Shown one piece after another: positions 26,884-37,311 of a stretch of 64,000 bases of DNA; position 1 is the stretch's first letter, and every line of letters begins with the position of its first letter. Under the pieces are notes generated by a model. The model made no database searches. It was not told the origin of the DNA and saw nothing but the letters and a program-made list of their open reading frames with translations. The DNA lies in the NCBI GenBank assembly GCA_963842425.1, contig CAWJGQ010000007.1:370486-434485 (forward strand), read 5' to 3'. The stretch comes from an uncultured Acidobacteriota bacterium. Lineage in GTDB: Bacteria > Acidobacteriota > Terriglobia > Acidiferrales > UBA7541. The translations under genes and the position numbers were made by a program.

Positions 26884-27836
26884 TCGATGTTCTGCACCTG
26901 TTCGCGAAGTTTTTCGATTTCGGACTTGATCTCGAGAGCCAGTTCGGTAATTTCGAGGCTTTCCGCCTCGTTGCCGGGAGTCTTCGACAAAAGCGTGTTG
27001 GCTTCGCGCTGCATTTCCTGGAGCAGGAAGTCGAGCTTCTTGCCGACGTCAGATGCGCTGGCAAGAATGGACTCGAACTGGTTCACATGGCTCGCGAGCC
27101 GAGCCAATTCCTCGGACACATCGCTGCGTTCAGCGGCCAGCGCCGCTTCCTGCGCGATGCGCGTGGGATCGATCGGTGCTTCGCCGAGCAAATCCTTCAA
27201 TCGCAATTCGAGGCGGCGCGCGAATGCGGGCCGGGCGCGCTCCGCGAGTACTCCGACGCGGGCAGCCAGGCTTTCGATGCTGGTGAGGCGGCCGGACATA
27301 TCGTCGCGCAGTGCGCTCGCCTCCAGTTCACGCATTTGGTCGAGCTTGTCGAGCGCTTCGGTGAGGCAGCGAGCGACGACTGATTCGAGGCGCGCGATTT
27401 CGTCGTCGGACGATGCAGGACCAGCGGAGGAGCCGATTACTCCGGGCAGGCGCAGGATCGCAGCGAGATCGGGTTCTGCCTTCATGCCGAACTGCGTCCG
27501 CAGATCCGCGACGGCTCGCACGTACGAGGCCGCGACTTCCTGATTCACCGCGACGGCCGCAGGTCCCGCGAGCTCGTAGCGCAGGGTGACGTCAAGATGG
27601 CCGCGGCGCACGCGATCACGAACAATCTGCCGGATGCGAGGTTCGAGCGGCTCGAAACCCTCGGGTACGCGCAGATGCAGATCGAGAAAGCGGTGATTCA
27701 CGCTGCGCACGGAGATGCGGAGACCGATGCCATTTTCGGCGGTTTGAGCCTGAGCGTAGCCGGTCATTGATTTCAGGCCCTTCGACGCGGCCTTGGGCGG
27801 ATGCGAGAGCTGGGATTTTGTGCCGGACATTTTCAC
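26880..27836 (-). CDS. YicC/YloC family stress-induced protein (endoribonuclease family)
   Basis: KSMTGYA near the N-terminus, SVNHRFLD, and C-terminal ...LLQEMQREANTLLSK... are typical of the YicC family. Conserved position upstream of gmk. Confidence 0.85.
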   Translation of the reverse strand: MKMSGTKSQLSHPPKAASKGLKSMTGYAQAQTAENGIGLRISVRSVNHRFLDLHLRVPEGFEPLEPRIRQIVRDRVRRGHLDVTLRYELAGPAAVAVNQEVAASYVRAVADLRTQFGMKAEPDLAAILRLPGVIGSSAGPASSDDEIARLESVVARCLTEALDKLDQMRELEASALRDDMSGRLTSIESLAARVGVLAERARPAFARRLELRLKDLLGEAPIDPTRIAQEAALAAERSDVSEELARLASHVNQFESILASASDVGKKLDFLLQEMQREANTLLSKTPGNEAESLEITELALEIKSEIEKLREQVQNIE

Positions 27837-29710
27837 TCGAGACCTGCGACGCGCGTTACAGGCTCGGCGTCGCGAAATTGAATTTCGTACAGGCGCGCGT
27901 AGATTCCATTGCGCGCCAGAAGTTCCTCGTGCGTGCCGCGTTCGCGAATCGCTCCATCGTCGAGCACCGCGATCATATCCGCCCGGCGGATGGTCGAGAG
28001 GCGGTGCGCGATCACAAATACGGTGCGGCCAGTCATCAGATTATTGAGCGCGCCCTGAACGAGCATTTCCGACTCGGAATCGAGTTCGGAGGTCGCTTCG
28101 TCGAGGATCAGTATCGGCGCATTCTTCAGCAGCGCACGTGCGATGGCCAGTCGTTGCCGCTGGCCTCCGGATAGACGCTGGCCGCGGTCGCCGACGATGG
28201 TCTGATAGCCCAGCGGCATCTGCAAAATGAAATCGTGAGCCATTGCCGCCTGTGCCGCGGCGACCACCTGAGCTTCCGGCATATCGGGACGGCCGTAGCA
28301 CAGATTATTGCGGATGGTGTCGTTGAAGAGGATCGTTTCCTGGGTGACGATGGCCATCTGTTCGCGGAGCGAGCGAAGGGTGCAGTCGTTCACGCCGAAC
28401 CCATCAATGCGAAGCGTACCGGTGGTCACTTCGTGAAAGCGCGGAAGAAGATTTACGAGCGTGGTTTTGCCCGCGCCACTTGAGCCGACAATCGCCACCA
28501 CGGCGCCGGCGGGAACCTTTAGGTCAATATTCTTGAGGATCGGCGGCCCGTCGTCGTACGAAAAACTCGCGCGATCGAATTCGATTGATTTCGAGAATGG
28601 CGGCAACGCTTTTGCGCCCGGCGCTTCCATCGCTTCTTCCGGCAGGTCGAGAAACGCGAAAACCTGTGTGGAGATGCCCACGGCCTGCAGAAATTGCTGG
28701 TAGATGTTGCCGAGCCGCTTCACCGGTTCATAGGCCTTGAAAAGAGCAAAGACAAAGGCGCCGAACGCACCGATGGTCATCCGGCCGGCCTTTATTTCGC
28801 CGCGGGCGAAGAGCAGGACCATCGAAATGACCACGGCGCCCAGCACGTCCATCATGGGCGAAGTGGCGGCGGAAGCCCGGATCCAGCGCATGTTCTCGCG
28901 CAGAAGATTGCGCGCCGCCTCCCGGAATTTGCGGATTTCGAACCCTTCCATTCCGAAAGCTTTCACGATCCGATTGCCGCTGATGGTTTCCTCGAGGATC
29001 TGGCTCAAGTCCGCGAGGCGCGCCCTGCTTTTTTCCGAAGAGCGGCGGATGCGGCGTCCAAGTTTTCCGACCGGCCAGACCACGAGCGGAATCAGAACGG
29101 CGGAGCCGACAGCCATCCTCCAGTCAATCAGGAGCAAAACCGCAATAAAGGCGATGAACGCGAATATCTGGCGGAAAAAATCAGCCAGCCAGTCTGAGAA
29201 TACGCTGCGTATCTGTTCGATGTCGCTGATGACCGCCGACATCACGCGGCCGACCGGATTGTGCTGGAAGAAGCCGACGGGCTGCTGCACGATTTTGCTG
29301 TACACGTTGTTCCGCAAGTCGGTTACGCCCGACAAGCCAACGAACTGGATCAGATTGGTGCCGAAATACTCCGACACTCCCTTGACCAGAAAAATAAACA
29401 AGAGCGCGAGACCGAAGACCGACCAGACGTGATGAATGCGGTGCGGCACGAAGGAATTGAGATAGATGACGCGGTGGGTGTGCGGAATCGTGAACAGCGC
29501 CAGCGTTTGCAAGGTTGAGTGAGGATTCAGAACGACATCGAGAGCCGGTTTGATGGCCAGGGCAATGAGCCCATCCATCATTCCCATGATTGAAATCAGG
29601 AAAATCCCGAGCGCAAGGAGCGGCGTATAGGGGCGCAAATATCGCAATAGCCGCCGGATCTCGTAGCGTTGGTTCACGTGCGGGATGCCGTCAATGGGTT
29701 CGAGTGCCAA
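27833..29710 (-). CDS. ABC transporter permease/ATP-binding fusion protein (MsbA-like exporter)
   Basis: 625 aa. Six-TM N-terminal domain plus NBD (GSSGAGKTT, LSGGQRQRLAIARAL, ILILDEATS). Confidence 0.85.
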   Translation of the reverse strand: MALEPIDGIPHVNQRYEIRRLLRYLRPYTPLLALGIFLISIMGMMDGLIALAIKPALDVVLNPHSTLQTLALFTIPHTHRVIYLNSFVPHRIHHVWSVFGLALLFIFLVKGVSEYFGTNLIQFVGLSGVTDLRNNVYSKIVQQPVGFFQHNPVGRVMSAVISDIEQIRSVFSDWLADFFRQIFAFIAFIAVLLLIDWRMAVGSAVLIPLVVWPVGKLGRRIRRSSEKSRARLADLSQILEETISGNRIVKAFGMEGFEIRKFREAARNLLRENMRWIRASAATSPMMDVLGAVVISMVLLFARGEIKAGRMTIGAFGAFVFALFKAYEPVKRLGNIYQQFLQAVGISTQVFAFLDLPEEAMEAPGAKALPPFSKSIEFDRASFSYDDGPPILKNIDLKVPAGAVVAIVGSSGAGKTTLVNLLPRFHEVTTGTLRIDGFGVNDCTLRSLREQMAIVTQETILFNDTIRNNLCYGRPDMPEAQVVAAAQAAMAHDFILQMPLGYQTIVGDRGQRLSGGQRQRLAIARALLKNAPILILDEATSELDSESEMLVQGALNNLMTGRTVFVIAHRLSTIRRADMIAVLDDGAIRERGTHEELLARNGIYARLYEIQFRDAEPVTRVAGLE

Positions 29711-29827
29711 GAGTCAGCTGTCACGTTTCAGAACAGCAACGATTTTTCCGCCAAATGAAACTTGCCTAGCCTATGCATGGCCCCGGCATCTTGCAAGCCG
29801 TAATCGCAAAACGAGTACCCCGTGAGA

Positions 29828-30715
29828 TCAGGCAGTGGTCTTTTCCAGATCGCGATGCACGACCTTGGCCGAGTACCCCTTGTGCTGCAGGGAGCGCCGA
29901 ATCACTTCGGCGAGCGCAACAGAACGGTGCCGTCCGCCCGTGCAACCGAGAGCGATGGTCAGATAGCTTTTGCCCTCGCGGATATAATGGGGAATCAGAT
30001 ATCCCAAAAGACTCTCGATGCGGCGGAGAAATTCTCCGGTCTGCGGGAACGAGCGAATGTAGCGCGCGACGCGAGGGTCCTTGCCGCTGAACGGGCGAAG
30101 TCGCGGAACGAAGTGCGGATTCGGAAGAAAGCGCACGTCGAAGACCAGATCCGCGTCCGCGGGAATTCCGTAGCGAAATCCGAAACTGACCACCGATACC
30201 AGCAGCGGACGGCGTCCACGGCCCTGAAAGCGCTCGGTGATCAGGTTGCGGAGCTCGTGCACGCTGAACTTGGTGGTGTCAATGATGATGTCGGCGAGGC
30301 GGCGGATCGGCGCCATGCGCCGGCGCTCCTCGCGAATTCCGTCGGCGACGGAACCGCCCTTGCTGAGCGGATGTGGGCGGCGGGTTTCGCTGAAGCGGCG
30401 CTTGAGCTCAGCGTCACTCGCTTCGATGAACACGAGAGTTGCGGCGCGTTCGCCGGCCAGCTTGCGATAAATTCCCGGCAGCTGGGCAATCTGTTCGCCC
30501 TCGCGCGCGTCCACCAGAAGGGCAGCGCGCTCCACCTCGCCTTGGCCGCCTTCGTAAAGCTCGCTTAAAGTGGGAATCAGCGCGACGGGTAGATTGTCCA
30601 CGCAATAGAAGCCGAGATCTTCGAAGGTGTTCAGTACCGATCGCTTGCCCGAGCCGGATAGCCCGGTGAGGATTACGAGTTGGTGGGCGTTTCGTTTCCG
30701 GTCGGAGGGCTTCAC
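29828..30715 (-). CDS. rapZ: RNase adapter protein RapZ
   Basis: LTGLSGSGKRSVLNTFEDLGFYCVDNLP... and C-terminal ...GCTGGRHRSV. Next to rpoN. Confidence 0.9.
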   Translation of the reverse strand: MKPSDRKRNAHQLVILTGLSGSGKRSVLNTFEDLGFYCVDNLPVALIPTLSELYEGGQGEVERAALLVDAREGEQIAQLPGIYRKLAGERAATLVFIEASDAELKRRFSETRRPHPLSKGGSVADGIREERRRMAPIRRLADIIIDTTKFSVHELRNLITERFQGRGRRPLLVSVVSFGFRYGIPADADLVFDVRFLPNPHFVPRLRPFSGKDPRVARYIRSFPQTGEFLRRIESLLGYLIPHYIREGKSYLTIALGCTGGRHRSVALAEVIRRSLQHKGYSAKVVHRDLEKTTA

Positions 30716-30725
30716 GGGAAAACGG

Positions 30726-32168
30726 TTATGCCTTTACCCGGCGACGATGCGTGCTCGGGATGCGGAGATCTTCGCGATATTTCGCCACGGTCCGGCGCGT
30801 TACATGGATGCCTTCATCGCCGAGTTTCTTCGTGATTTGCTCGTCGGTGAGCGGATGAGACGTGTCTTCCTCTTCGATCATCTGCTTCACCCGCCGCTTC
30901 AGGGACAGCAGCGACATCTCGCCGCCCTGCGGCCCGTTGACCGATTCTGAGAAAAAGCTGCGCAGCTCGAGCACGCCTCGCGGCGTGTGAACGTATTTAT
31001 TGGCCACAGCGCGGCTGACGGTCGAGGGGTGCACGCCGACTTCCTCGGCAACTTCCTTGATCATCATTGGTTTCAGATGATCGGGCCCGTAGTCGAGGAA
31101 ATCTCCCTGGCGGCGCAGGATTGAATTGCAAACACGCAGAATTGTGTGCTTCCGCTGTTCGATATTTTTCATCAGCTGGATGGCGGCGGTGAAGCGTTCC
31201 TTGACGTAGTTGCGGACGTCGCGATCGGCTGCGTCGCGGGCGAGCAAGCGGCGATAAGTGGGGCTCAGGCGGAGCTGCGGCACGTCGTCGTCGTTCATGA
31301 AGACCTGCCACTCGCCGTCCACTTTGCGGAACTGCACGTCCGGTTCGACGAGACGGGGCTCGATCTTGTTGTAGCGCAGGCCGGGCTTCGGATCGAGGCG
31401 CTTAATCAAATCCACGGCGCGCTTGACGAGTTCGATGGGGCGATTCAGGGCGCGGGCGACTTCCTTTAGCTGGTTATTCTGCAGCAGCTTCAGATGCTCG
31501 GCGATGATTTGCTGCGCGAGCGTGTTCTGCGGATCAATCAACTTCACCTGCATGATCAGGCACTCTTCCAGATTGCGCGCGGCCACGCCGGGAGGGTCGA
31601 ATTCCTGCACTACGGCCAGCGCTTCTTCGACGTCCTCCATCGAATAGTTTCCGGATTGCGCAATTTCGTCGAGCGTCGCCGTCAGATAGCCGTTCTCATC
31701 GAGATTGCCGATGATCGAGTCCGCGATTTTGCGGACCGTTTCGCTGCAGATGCTCACGCTCAATTGCCATGCGAGGTGGTCGGTGAGGCTCGCCGGTGAG
31801 GAAAGGAACTTGTCGAACGACGGTTTCTCAATTTCCTCGTGCTCGCCGCCCGCCGCGCGCTCCGCGCCGGTGTCGAGGTATTGGCCAAAGAAGGAGCCGA
31901 AATCGAATTCGTCGAATGGATTTGGCGCCGGCGTTTCAGGAACTTTTTCGGTTTCCTTTTTCAGGAAGGCTTCGTCGGTGTAATTGTCGGCGGTGACGCC
32001 GTCGTCGCCCAGCTCTTCCAGAACCGGATTCTCCATGATCTCCTGATTGATCATCTCCCGCAGCTCGAGACGGTTCAGCGCCAGCACGCTGACCATCTGG
32101 ACGAGGCCCGGCGTCAGAATCTGCTTCTGAGCCAGCCGGAGATGCAATTTGGGTGCGAGCCAGTTCAT
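30726..32168 (-). CDS. rpoN: RNA polymerase sigma-54 factor
   Basis: 480 aa. The C-terminal RpoN box ARRTVAKYRE is read as ...TRRTVAKYREDLRIPS. lptB-rpoN synteny. Confidence 0.95.
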   Translation of the reverse strand: MNWLAPKLHLRLAQKQILTPGLVQMVSVLALNRLELREMINQEIMENPVLEELGDDGVTADNYTDEAFLKKETEKVPETPAPNPFDEFDFGSFFGQYLDTGAERAAGGEHEEIEKPSFDKFLSSPASLTDHLAWQLSVSICSETVRKIADSIIGNLDENGYLTATLDEIAQSGNYSMEDVEEALAVVQEFDPPGVAARNLEECLIMQVKLIDPQNTLAQQIIAEHLKLLQNNQLKEVARALNRPIELVKRAVDLIKRLDPKPGLRYNKIEPRLVEPDVQFRKVDGEWQVFMNDDDVPQLRLSPTYRRLLARDAADRDVRNYVKERFTAAIQLMKNIEQRKHTILRVCNSILRRQGDFLDYGPDHLKPMMIKEVAEEVGVHPSTVSRAVANKYVHTPRGVLELRSFFSESVNGPQGGEMSLLSLKRRVKQMIEEEDTSHPLTDEQITKKLGDEGIHVTRRTVAKYREDLRIPSTHRRRVKA

Positions 32169-32172
32169 GGTG

Positions 32173-32898
32173 TCAGTTCAGCTTAAAACCTTCTCCCAAG
32201 TAGATCCGTCGAACTTCTGCGTTGGCGGTGAGCTCCGCGGGAGTTCCGGCAGCCAGAATTTTCCCGTCGCTGATAATGTAGGCGCGCTTGGTCACTGCCA
32301 GTGTATTGCGAACATCGTGATCTGTAATCAGGACTCCGATGCCCGTCTCGCTCAGATCGGCGATGATCTTCTGAATGTCCACGACGGTGAGGGGGTCAAT
32401 TCCCGCGAAGGGTTCGTCGAGCAGCACGAACGACGGCGACAGCACGAGTGAGCGCGCGATTTCCAAGCGGCGCCGCTCGCCGCCGGATAGAACGTGCGCC
32501 TGGCTTGTTCGCACTCCTTCAAGTCCCATCTGGGCCAAAAGCTCCTCGACCCGGTCGCGCCTCTGTTCGGGCGTAACCGAGAGCGTTTCCAATACAGCGA
32601 GCAAGTTCTCTTCGACTGTCAGTTTGCGAAAAACCGAAGGTTCCTGAGGGAGGTAGCTGATGCCGCTGCGGGCCCGGAGATACATGGGGAGGTCGGTAAT
32701 GTCCTCGCCGTCCAGCATCACACGCCCGTAGTCCGGACGCGCCAGACCGACCAGGATGTAGAACGTCGTGGTCTTTCCCGCGCCATTCGGGCCGAGCAGC
32801 CCAACCACTTCACCCTGTTGAACTTCCAAATTAACGTCGTTAACGACCTTCCGACCCCGGTAAGATTTCCTCAGATCGGCGGCTTGGAGTTTCAACAT
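32173..32898 (-). CDS. lptB: LPS export ABC transporter ATP-binding protein
   Basis: 241 aa. [27 protein letters not shown]. Position between an OstA-like gene and rpoN. Confidence 0.93.
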   Translation of the reverse strand: MLKLQAADLRKSYRGRKVVNDVNLEVQQGEVVGLLGPNGAGKTTTFYILVGLARPDYGRVMLDGEDITDLPMYLRARSGISYLPQEPSVFRKLTVEENLLAVLETLSVTPEQRRDRVEELLAQMGLEGVRTSQAHVLSGGERRRLEIARSLVLSPSFVLLDEPFAGIDPLTVVDIQKIIADLSETGIGVLITDHDVRNTLAVTKRAYIISDGKILAAGTPAELTANAEVRRIYLGEGFKLN

Positions 32899-32904
32899 AC
32901 CGGT

Positions 32905-35283
32905 TCATTTCTCAACCCGGTGCTTGGTTAGTGTGCGCGAACCTTCCTGCGAATCAATCAAAATCGTATCATTCGCCACAAAGAAGGTCAACGAATGGCC
33001 CGTCGTTGTGTCGCTGGAAGCATCAGCAATCGTGGGTTCGCCGCCGGAAAGCACGAATTTTCCGTCAGCGGCGGTGTATTCAGCCTGCTCGGCCATGGCC
33101 CGGCGGTCGCCCTGCCGGACAACCACGGCTCCCTGAGCCAGGGCCCGTTCGAGCTGACGGCCGCCCGGGGCGCCGCCCGGCGTCTTTGATGTCGAGGGGG
33201 GCGAGCCGCCACCTGCGGGCGCGGGTGCCGCTGGATCGAGAAACAGGTCCAGGGTGCGGGATTGCAGGTAACCCTGGTCGGAACTGGCGATTACGCCGCC
33301 TTCGAGATGCGCCTTACCCTGGTCGCTCCAGTAGGTGAGGTTCGGAGCCAGCACCCTCCAAAGCGTGGGGCCAGAGCTTGAGCCAGAGTTCGAACGTGGC
33401 GCGGGCTTGAGGCCGGCATTGATTGCAGGCATGGCACCGAACGGACCCGAAACCTGCGAGAACACGGCGATCACGTGTCCAGTGGCCTGCAACTTCTTGT
33501 CGTCCTGCCACACCTCGATCTGGTCGCTGTCGAGGACGGATTCTCCCTGCCACAACCGCGCGCGCCCCGTGTAGGTGACGATCACATGATTGGAACCGAC
33601 CGTTCCGGAAAGTGTGTCCGCGGAAATATGGGCCGTGCCGGAACCGAGGCTCAGCGCGTCTCCCTGCGCGGTCGGCAGGTAGGTAGATACCACGCCGCCG
33701 GCGGCGAGCAGCTCTCCCGATTTCTGATTGACGACCACATTCGCGGCTGTCGTGCGGCTCATGGCGTCGGAAATTACCGGCGATCCATCCATCGTGATCA
33801 TATCCGTCGCGCGAATGATTGTCGCGTGGTCCGCGGTCGCCTGGCGATCAGCCTGCTGAAAGCGCACATTTCCGCGTTGATCGAGCGTGTCCCAGTCACC
33901 GTGCGCGCCAAACGTGGCGACCAGCTCTGCTGCTGAAAGCACCTGCGGCGCGGTGTTGCCGATCTGCCTGTGGACTTCGACGCCCGCATGCCCGAGCAGT
34001 TTGTCGAGGTGGCCGCTGGGGCCCAGTTGCGCAACAAATTTCTTCGCGCGAAGCGTTGTCGTGTCGCTGCTGCTCTTTGATTCGATGGTCGCAGGCGCCA
34101 GCGTTTCGGCGCTTTCAATTCTCTGCTGATCAGCTTTGCCTTTCGGCTGTCCTAGACGCGCGCCGCCGGAGCCGGTCGAGAAGGTCACGCGCAACGCCTC
34201 GGTTTTCAGAACACGCGAATCGTTTCCTTGATGCGACTCGGCCGTCACGCCACCGGTCGCGTTCATGTCCTGAATCAGATTTTTCTGCGGCACCATTGTG
34301 AATTCCGCATGCGCGGCGGAAAATCGGTCCGTTCCGGCGGCGGTCTGGCGAGTGCCCGAAATATTCCCATCGGCGACGACGTGTTCGACCCAGCCATCCG
34401 GATTCAGGACAGCCTCAAACCGCGCAGCCGAAACGGAGATGGTGCCTCCGCCTTCCGTGCTGCGAATTTGGGGATGGCCCTCGGCGACAGCGCGACGGGC
34501 GTGATAATCCGCGTCGAGATCCACCGAGAATGTGTCCGCGGACAATTCGCGCGCACCCTGTTTCACCGTCGCGGGCCCGTTGAGCACGGCAGTGCGGTCG
34601 GCGCGCCGGATCTCGAGGCTGCGACCGGTCGCGGTTACGGGCATGCCGCCCGTTTGGTCGGAAGCGTTCAGCTCGAATTCAACTCCCTGGTTGATGCGCA
34701 CGATCGAATCGCTCGTGCTGTAGGAGACTCCCACGCCGCGCCCCTGGCCGGACGGGAAGTGGAACTCCACCGGCGCGGGAGTGGACGCTTCGCCCGTGCT
34801 GCGGTTAATCGAGAGATTGCTGGTTTTCACCTGGAGAGTGCCCGTGGAAAGCAGGCCGGCCTGCCCGGCTGCCTTTCCGGACGCGGAGTTCGCATTCGCC
34901 AGGTCAATCTCCACATCGCCTTTGCAGCGGACGTCTTGCGTTCCCTCATAAGTGCATTCGCTCGTGTGAATGTTGTCGTTGCGGCTGCCGTCGCGTCCGT
35001 AGAGGGTGATCCACACGTCCTCGAGCACGGCGCGATTCTGATCCTTGTACTGCGTGGCGTGGGACGCGCGAACAGTAAAGATCGTTCGCTGCTGCTCGAC
35101 TTTCGAAAATGAAAACTGCGCGGATTGCTGCTGCACCGTGATGGGAACGGACACTGGCGCATTGCGATTCGCCCGAGCGCGGCGGAAGGCGCGCTCCGCG
35201 TACACGCCGCCGACCGCCAATGCGATCAGCCCCGCGGTGATGGCCGCCCAGCGCGCGTAGCGCGCCGCTTCCCGGTTGCGCAA
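32905..35283 (-). CDS. Large LptC/LptA (OstA)-family LPS-transport protein, membrane-anchored
   Basis: 792 aa. N-terminal TM anchor and LptC-like start, repeated OstA-like beta-jellyroll segments, a Pro/Gly/Ser-rich linker and an LptA-like C-terminus. Immediately upstream of lptB. Confidence 0.65.
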   Translation of the reverse strand: MRNREAARYARWAAITAGLIALAVGGVYAERAFRRARANRNAPVSVPITVQQQSAQFSFSKVEQQRTIFTVRASHATQYKDQNRAVLEDVWITLYGRDGSRNDNIHTSECTYEGTQDVRCKGDVEIDLANANSASGKAAGQAGLLSTGTLQVKTSNLSINRSTGEASTPAPVEFHFPSGQGRGVGVSYSTSDSIVRINQGVEFELNASDQTGGMPVTATGRSLEIRRADRTAVLNGPATVKQGARELSADTFSVDLDADYHARRAVAEGHPQIRSTEGGGTISVSAARFEAVLNPDGWVEHVVADGNISGTRQTAAGTDRFSAAHAEFTMVPQKNLIQDMNATGGVTAESHQGNDSRVLKTEALRVTFSTGSGGARLGQPKGKADQQRIESAETLAPATIESKSSSDTTTLRAKKFVAQLGPSGHLDKLLGHAGVEVHRQIGNTAPQVLSAAELVATFGAHGDWDTLDQRGNVRFQQADRQATADHATIIRATDMITMDGSPVISDAMSRTTAANVVVNQKSGELLAAGGVVSTYLPTAQGDALSLGSGTAHISADTLSGTVGSNHVIVTYTGRARLWQGESVLDSDQIEVWQDDKKLQATGHVIAVFSQVSGPFGAMPAINAGLKPAPRSNSGSSSGPTLWRVLAPNLTYWSDQGKAHLEGGVIASSDQGYLQSRTLDLFLDPAAPAPAGGGSPPSTSKTPGGAPGGRQLERALAQGAVVVRQGDRRAMAEQAEYTAADGKFVLSGGEPTIADASSDTTTGHSLTFFVANDTILIDSQEGSRTLTKHRVEK

Positions 35284-35684
35284 CGAAGAATCTCCCTGGT
35301 TACGTTAGAAGCCGAGTATAGGCGGTTGGTTTTCGCGGGACAACTAATGGTGGGGTTAGGTTACAAGGCGGGGAAAAGTGATACACCCTAGGCGCTGCGA
35401 ATCTCAGGGCGCGACTTGCGGCCACCTTGCGATCATATGTGCGACAATATTCCGCCGGGATTAAACGGAATCTGCGTCCGTGTGAATCGAAACATGATCT
35501 GCTCATAAACGGAACTCTATCTCCCGTGTTTACGCTATCTTGCAAGCCGCCGATACGAGATTTAAAGGCGTGCAGTCCAGTTAAATCGCGTTAAATGCGC
35601 GCACAATTTTCGTGCGCTAATCAAATTCCGCTGAAATTGCGAGTCGCGTGTTGAATTTCATGAAATGGACTAGTACCCACTTGA

Positions 35685-36874
35685 TTGCATAACAATGTCG
35701 GCTCCTTAGACCCGGTAGACTTTGGTTTGTCGAGACCAAGGTTCGGGAGGAAGGAGCCGAACATGATGATTATAGGCGTGGATTATCACCCGAGCGATCA
35801 GTACATCGCGTTTACGGATACAGAGACTGGCGAGAGTGGCGAACGGCGATTGTGCCACAGTGGTGGGGAAGCGGAGAAGTTCTACCGGGAGCTGGCGGCG
35901 CGAGGTGTCAGCGTGCGGGTAGGAATGGAGGCCACCGGCTATTCACGTTGGTTCGAGCGGTTACTGGCAGCGTTGGGTATTGAGCTGTGGATGGGCGATG
36001 CGGCCGAGATCAAGACGAAGCGAGTCCGCAAGCAGAAGACTGACCGCAACGATGCTCACCTTCTGTTGAAGCTGCTGCTGGAAAATAACTTCCCAACGAT
36101 CTGGATACCGAGTCCCGGAAATCGTGATCTGCGGCAACTGCTGTGGCATCGGCACCGCATGGTGCAGATGCGAACGCGAATCATGAATCAGCTGCAGGCC
36201 CTGGCGATGAACGAAGGCCAACGAAGGAAGAAGAAGCTGTGGAATGAAGCAGGACGAGCACAACTGGAAAAGCTTCCGCTGGCAACTTGGGCATCACGGC
36301 GCCGGCACGATCTACTCGAGTTGCTGGACCGAATGAACCCGACCATCGAAGAGTTAACCGCGGTGGTCGGGCAGGAAGCGAAGAAATGGCCTGAGGTGCT
36401 GCGGCTGATGACGCATCCGGGCGTAGGTCCGTTGACGGCACTGGCTTTCGTGCTGATCATCGGAACTCCGGAGCGGTTCCAATGCGGGAAGCAGATCGGC
36501 AGCTATGTGGGACTGATCCCGTGCGAGGACTCCAGTGCTGGCCATCAACGGCTGGGACACATCACCAAACAAGGCAGCTCCCTGTTGCGTTTCTTGCTGG
36601 TAGAAGCAGCACAAGCGGCGGCACGTTGGGATGCAGACTGGAGACGACGGTACATGCATCTGGCGATGCGTCGGCAAAACAGTATTGCCAAGGTGGCGAT
36701 GGCTCGAAGACTCGCAGTTCGGCTGTACTGGATGTGGCGGAGGGGTTGGGAGTATTCGCGGTGGGTCGAATTCGGTTCGAACGCGGGACAGCTCGGTACC
36801 GGACATGGCGTGAACTAGAACGTTGTCCACTTGAATGGGCATCCCGCTCCCTCGTGAGAGGGAGTTTGAAGTGG
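35685..36874 (+). mobile_element. IS110-family element 'IS-C'; boundaries uncertain
   Basis: Transposase at 35763..36818. The 8-mer ccacttga occurs at 35677-35684 and 36827-36834. A long imperfect hairpin at 36827-36874 directly follows the stop codon. The true ends could lie further out. Confidence 0.45.
35763..36818 (+). CDS. IS110 family transposase (IS-C)
   Basis: Start at ATG 35763 after ggaaggag (MMIIGVDYHP...). Motifs MEATGYS, KTDRNDAHLL, and C-terminal GLIPCEDSSAGHQRLGHITKQGSSLLR. Confidence 0.9.
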   Translation: MMIIGVDYHPSDQYIAFTDTETGESGERRLCHSGGEAEKFYRELAARGVSVRVGMEATGYSRWFERLLAALGIELWMGDAAEIKTKRVRKQKTDRNDAHLLLKLLLENNFPTIWIPSPGNRDLRQLLWHRHRMVQMRTRIMNQLQALAMNEGQRRKKKLWNEAGRAQLEKLPLATWASRRRHDLLELLDRMNPTIEELTAVVGQEAKKWPEVLRLMTHPGVGPLTALAFVLIIGTPERFQCGKQIGSYVGLIPCEDSSAGHQRLGHITKQGSSLLRFLLVEAAQAAARWDADWRRRYMHLAMRRQNSIAKVAMARRLAVRLYWMWRRGWEYSRWVEFGSNAGQLGTGHGVN

Positions 36875-36937
36875 TAATCATGGTCTGAAGCATAGGATCG
36901 AAGAGATGTTTGGGTCGGACCGAAACCGACCGAAAGA

Positions 36938-37309
36938 TTACAGACGAACCGTGGTCATCGACAGGGCCAAAGAACACGACGAACAAAGACACTCATTGAA
37001 GTGAACGGAGAAGTGCGCTCGAAAACGATTTGACAGAGCCGACGTTGTTAGAGATGTCCGGTTAGCGCACATCCCATGCGCACAGTGCAACTTGGTTCGG
37101 GAGCCACAGCGCATGCAACCATATCTCTCAAAATAGTCCCGCATTCTGAGTAGATATTCTCGCGGAACCATTCTTGCGATCGTCCGATAGGTCGAGTTCG
37201 GCAGAAACCAAGGTTGGAAAATTAGTGCATTCATCTGCTCCTCGGTCAACCTTGGTGAAAAGCGCCCGCTGGGCGCACCGTCCCACTTATTCCTTCCACT
37301 GTTTTGCAT
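36938..37309 (-). CDS. Hypothetical Cys-rich small protein; the 3' end may be altered by the neighbouring IS
   Basis: 123 aa with YGCMRCG....LHCAHGMC (zinc-finger-like). The start is 3 nt after the recombinase stop. Confidence 0.35.
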   Translation of the reverse strand: MQNSGRNKWDGAPSGRFSPRLTEEQMNALIFQPWFLPNSTYRTIARMVPREYLLRMRDYFERYGCMRCGSRTKLHCAHGMCANRTSLTTSALSNRFRAHFSVHFNECLCSSCSLALSMTTVRL

Positions 37310-37311
37310 TC

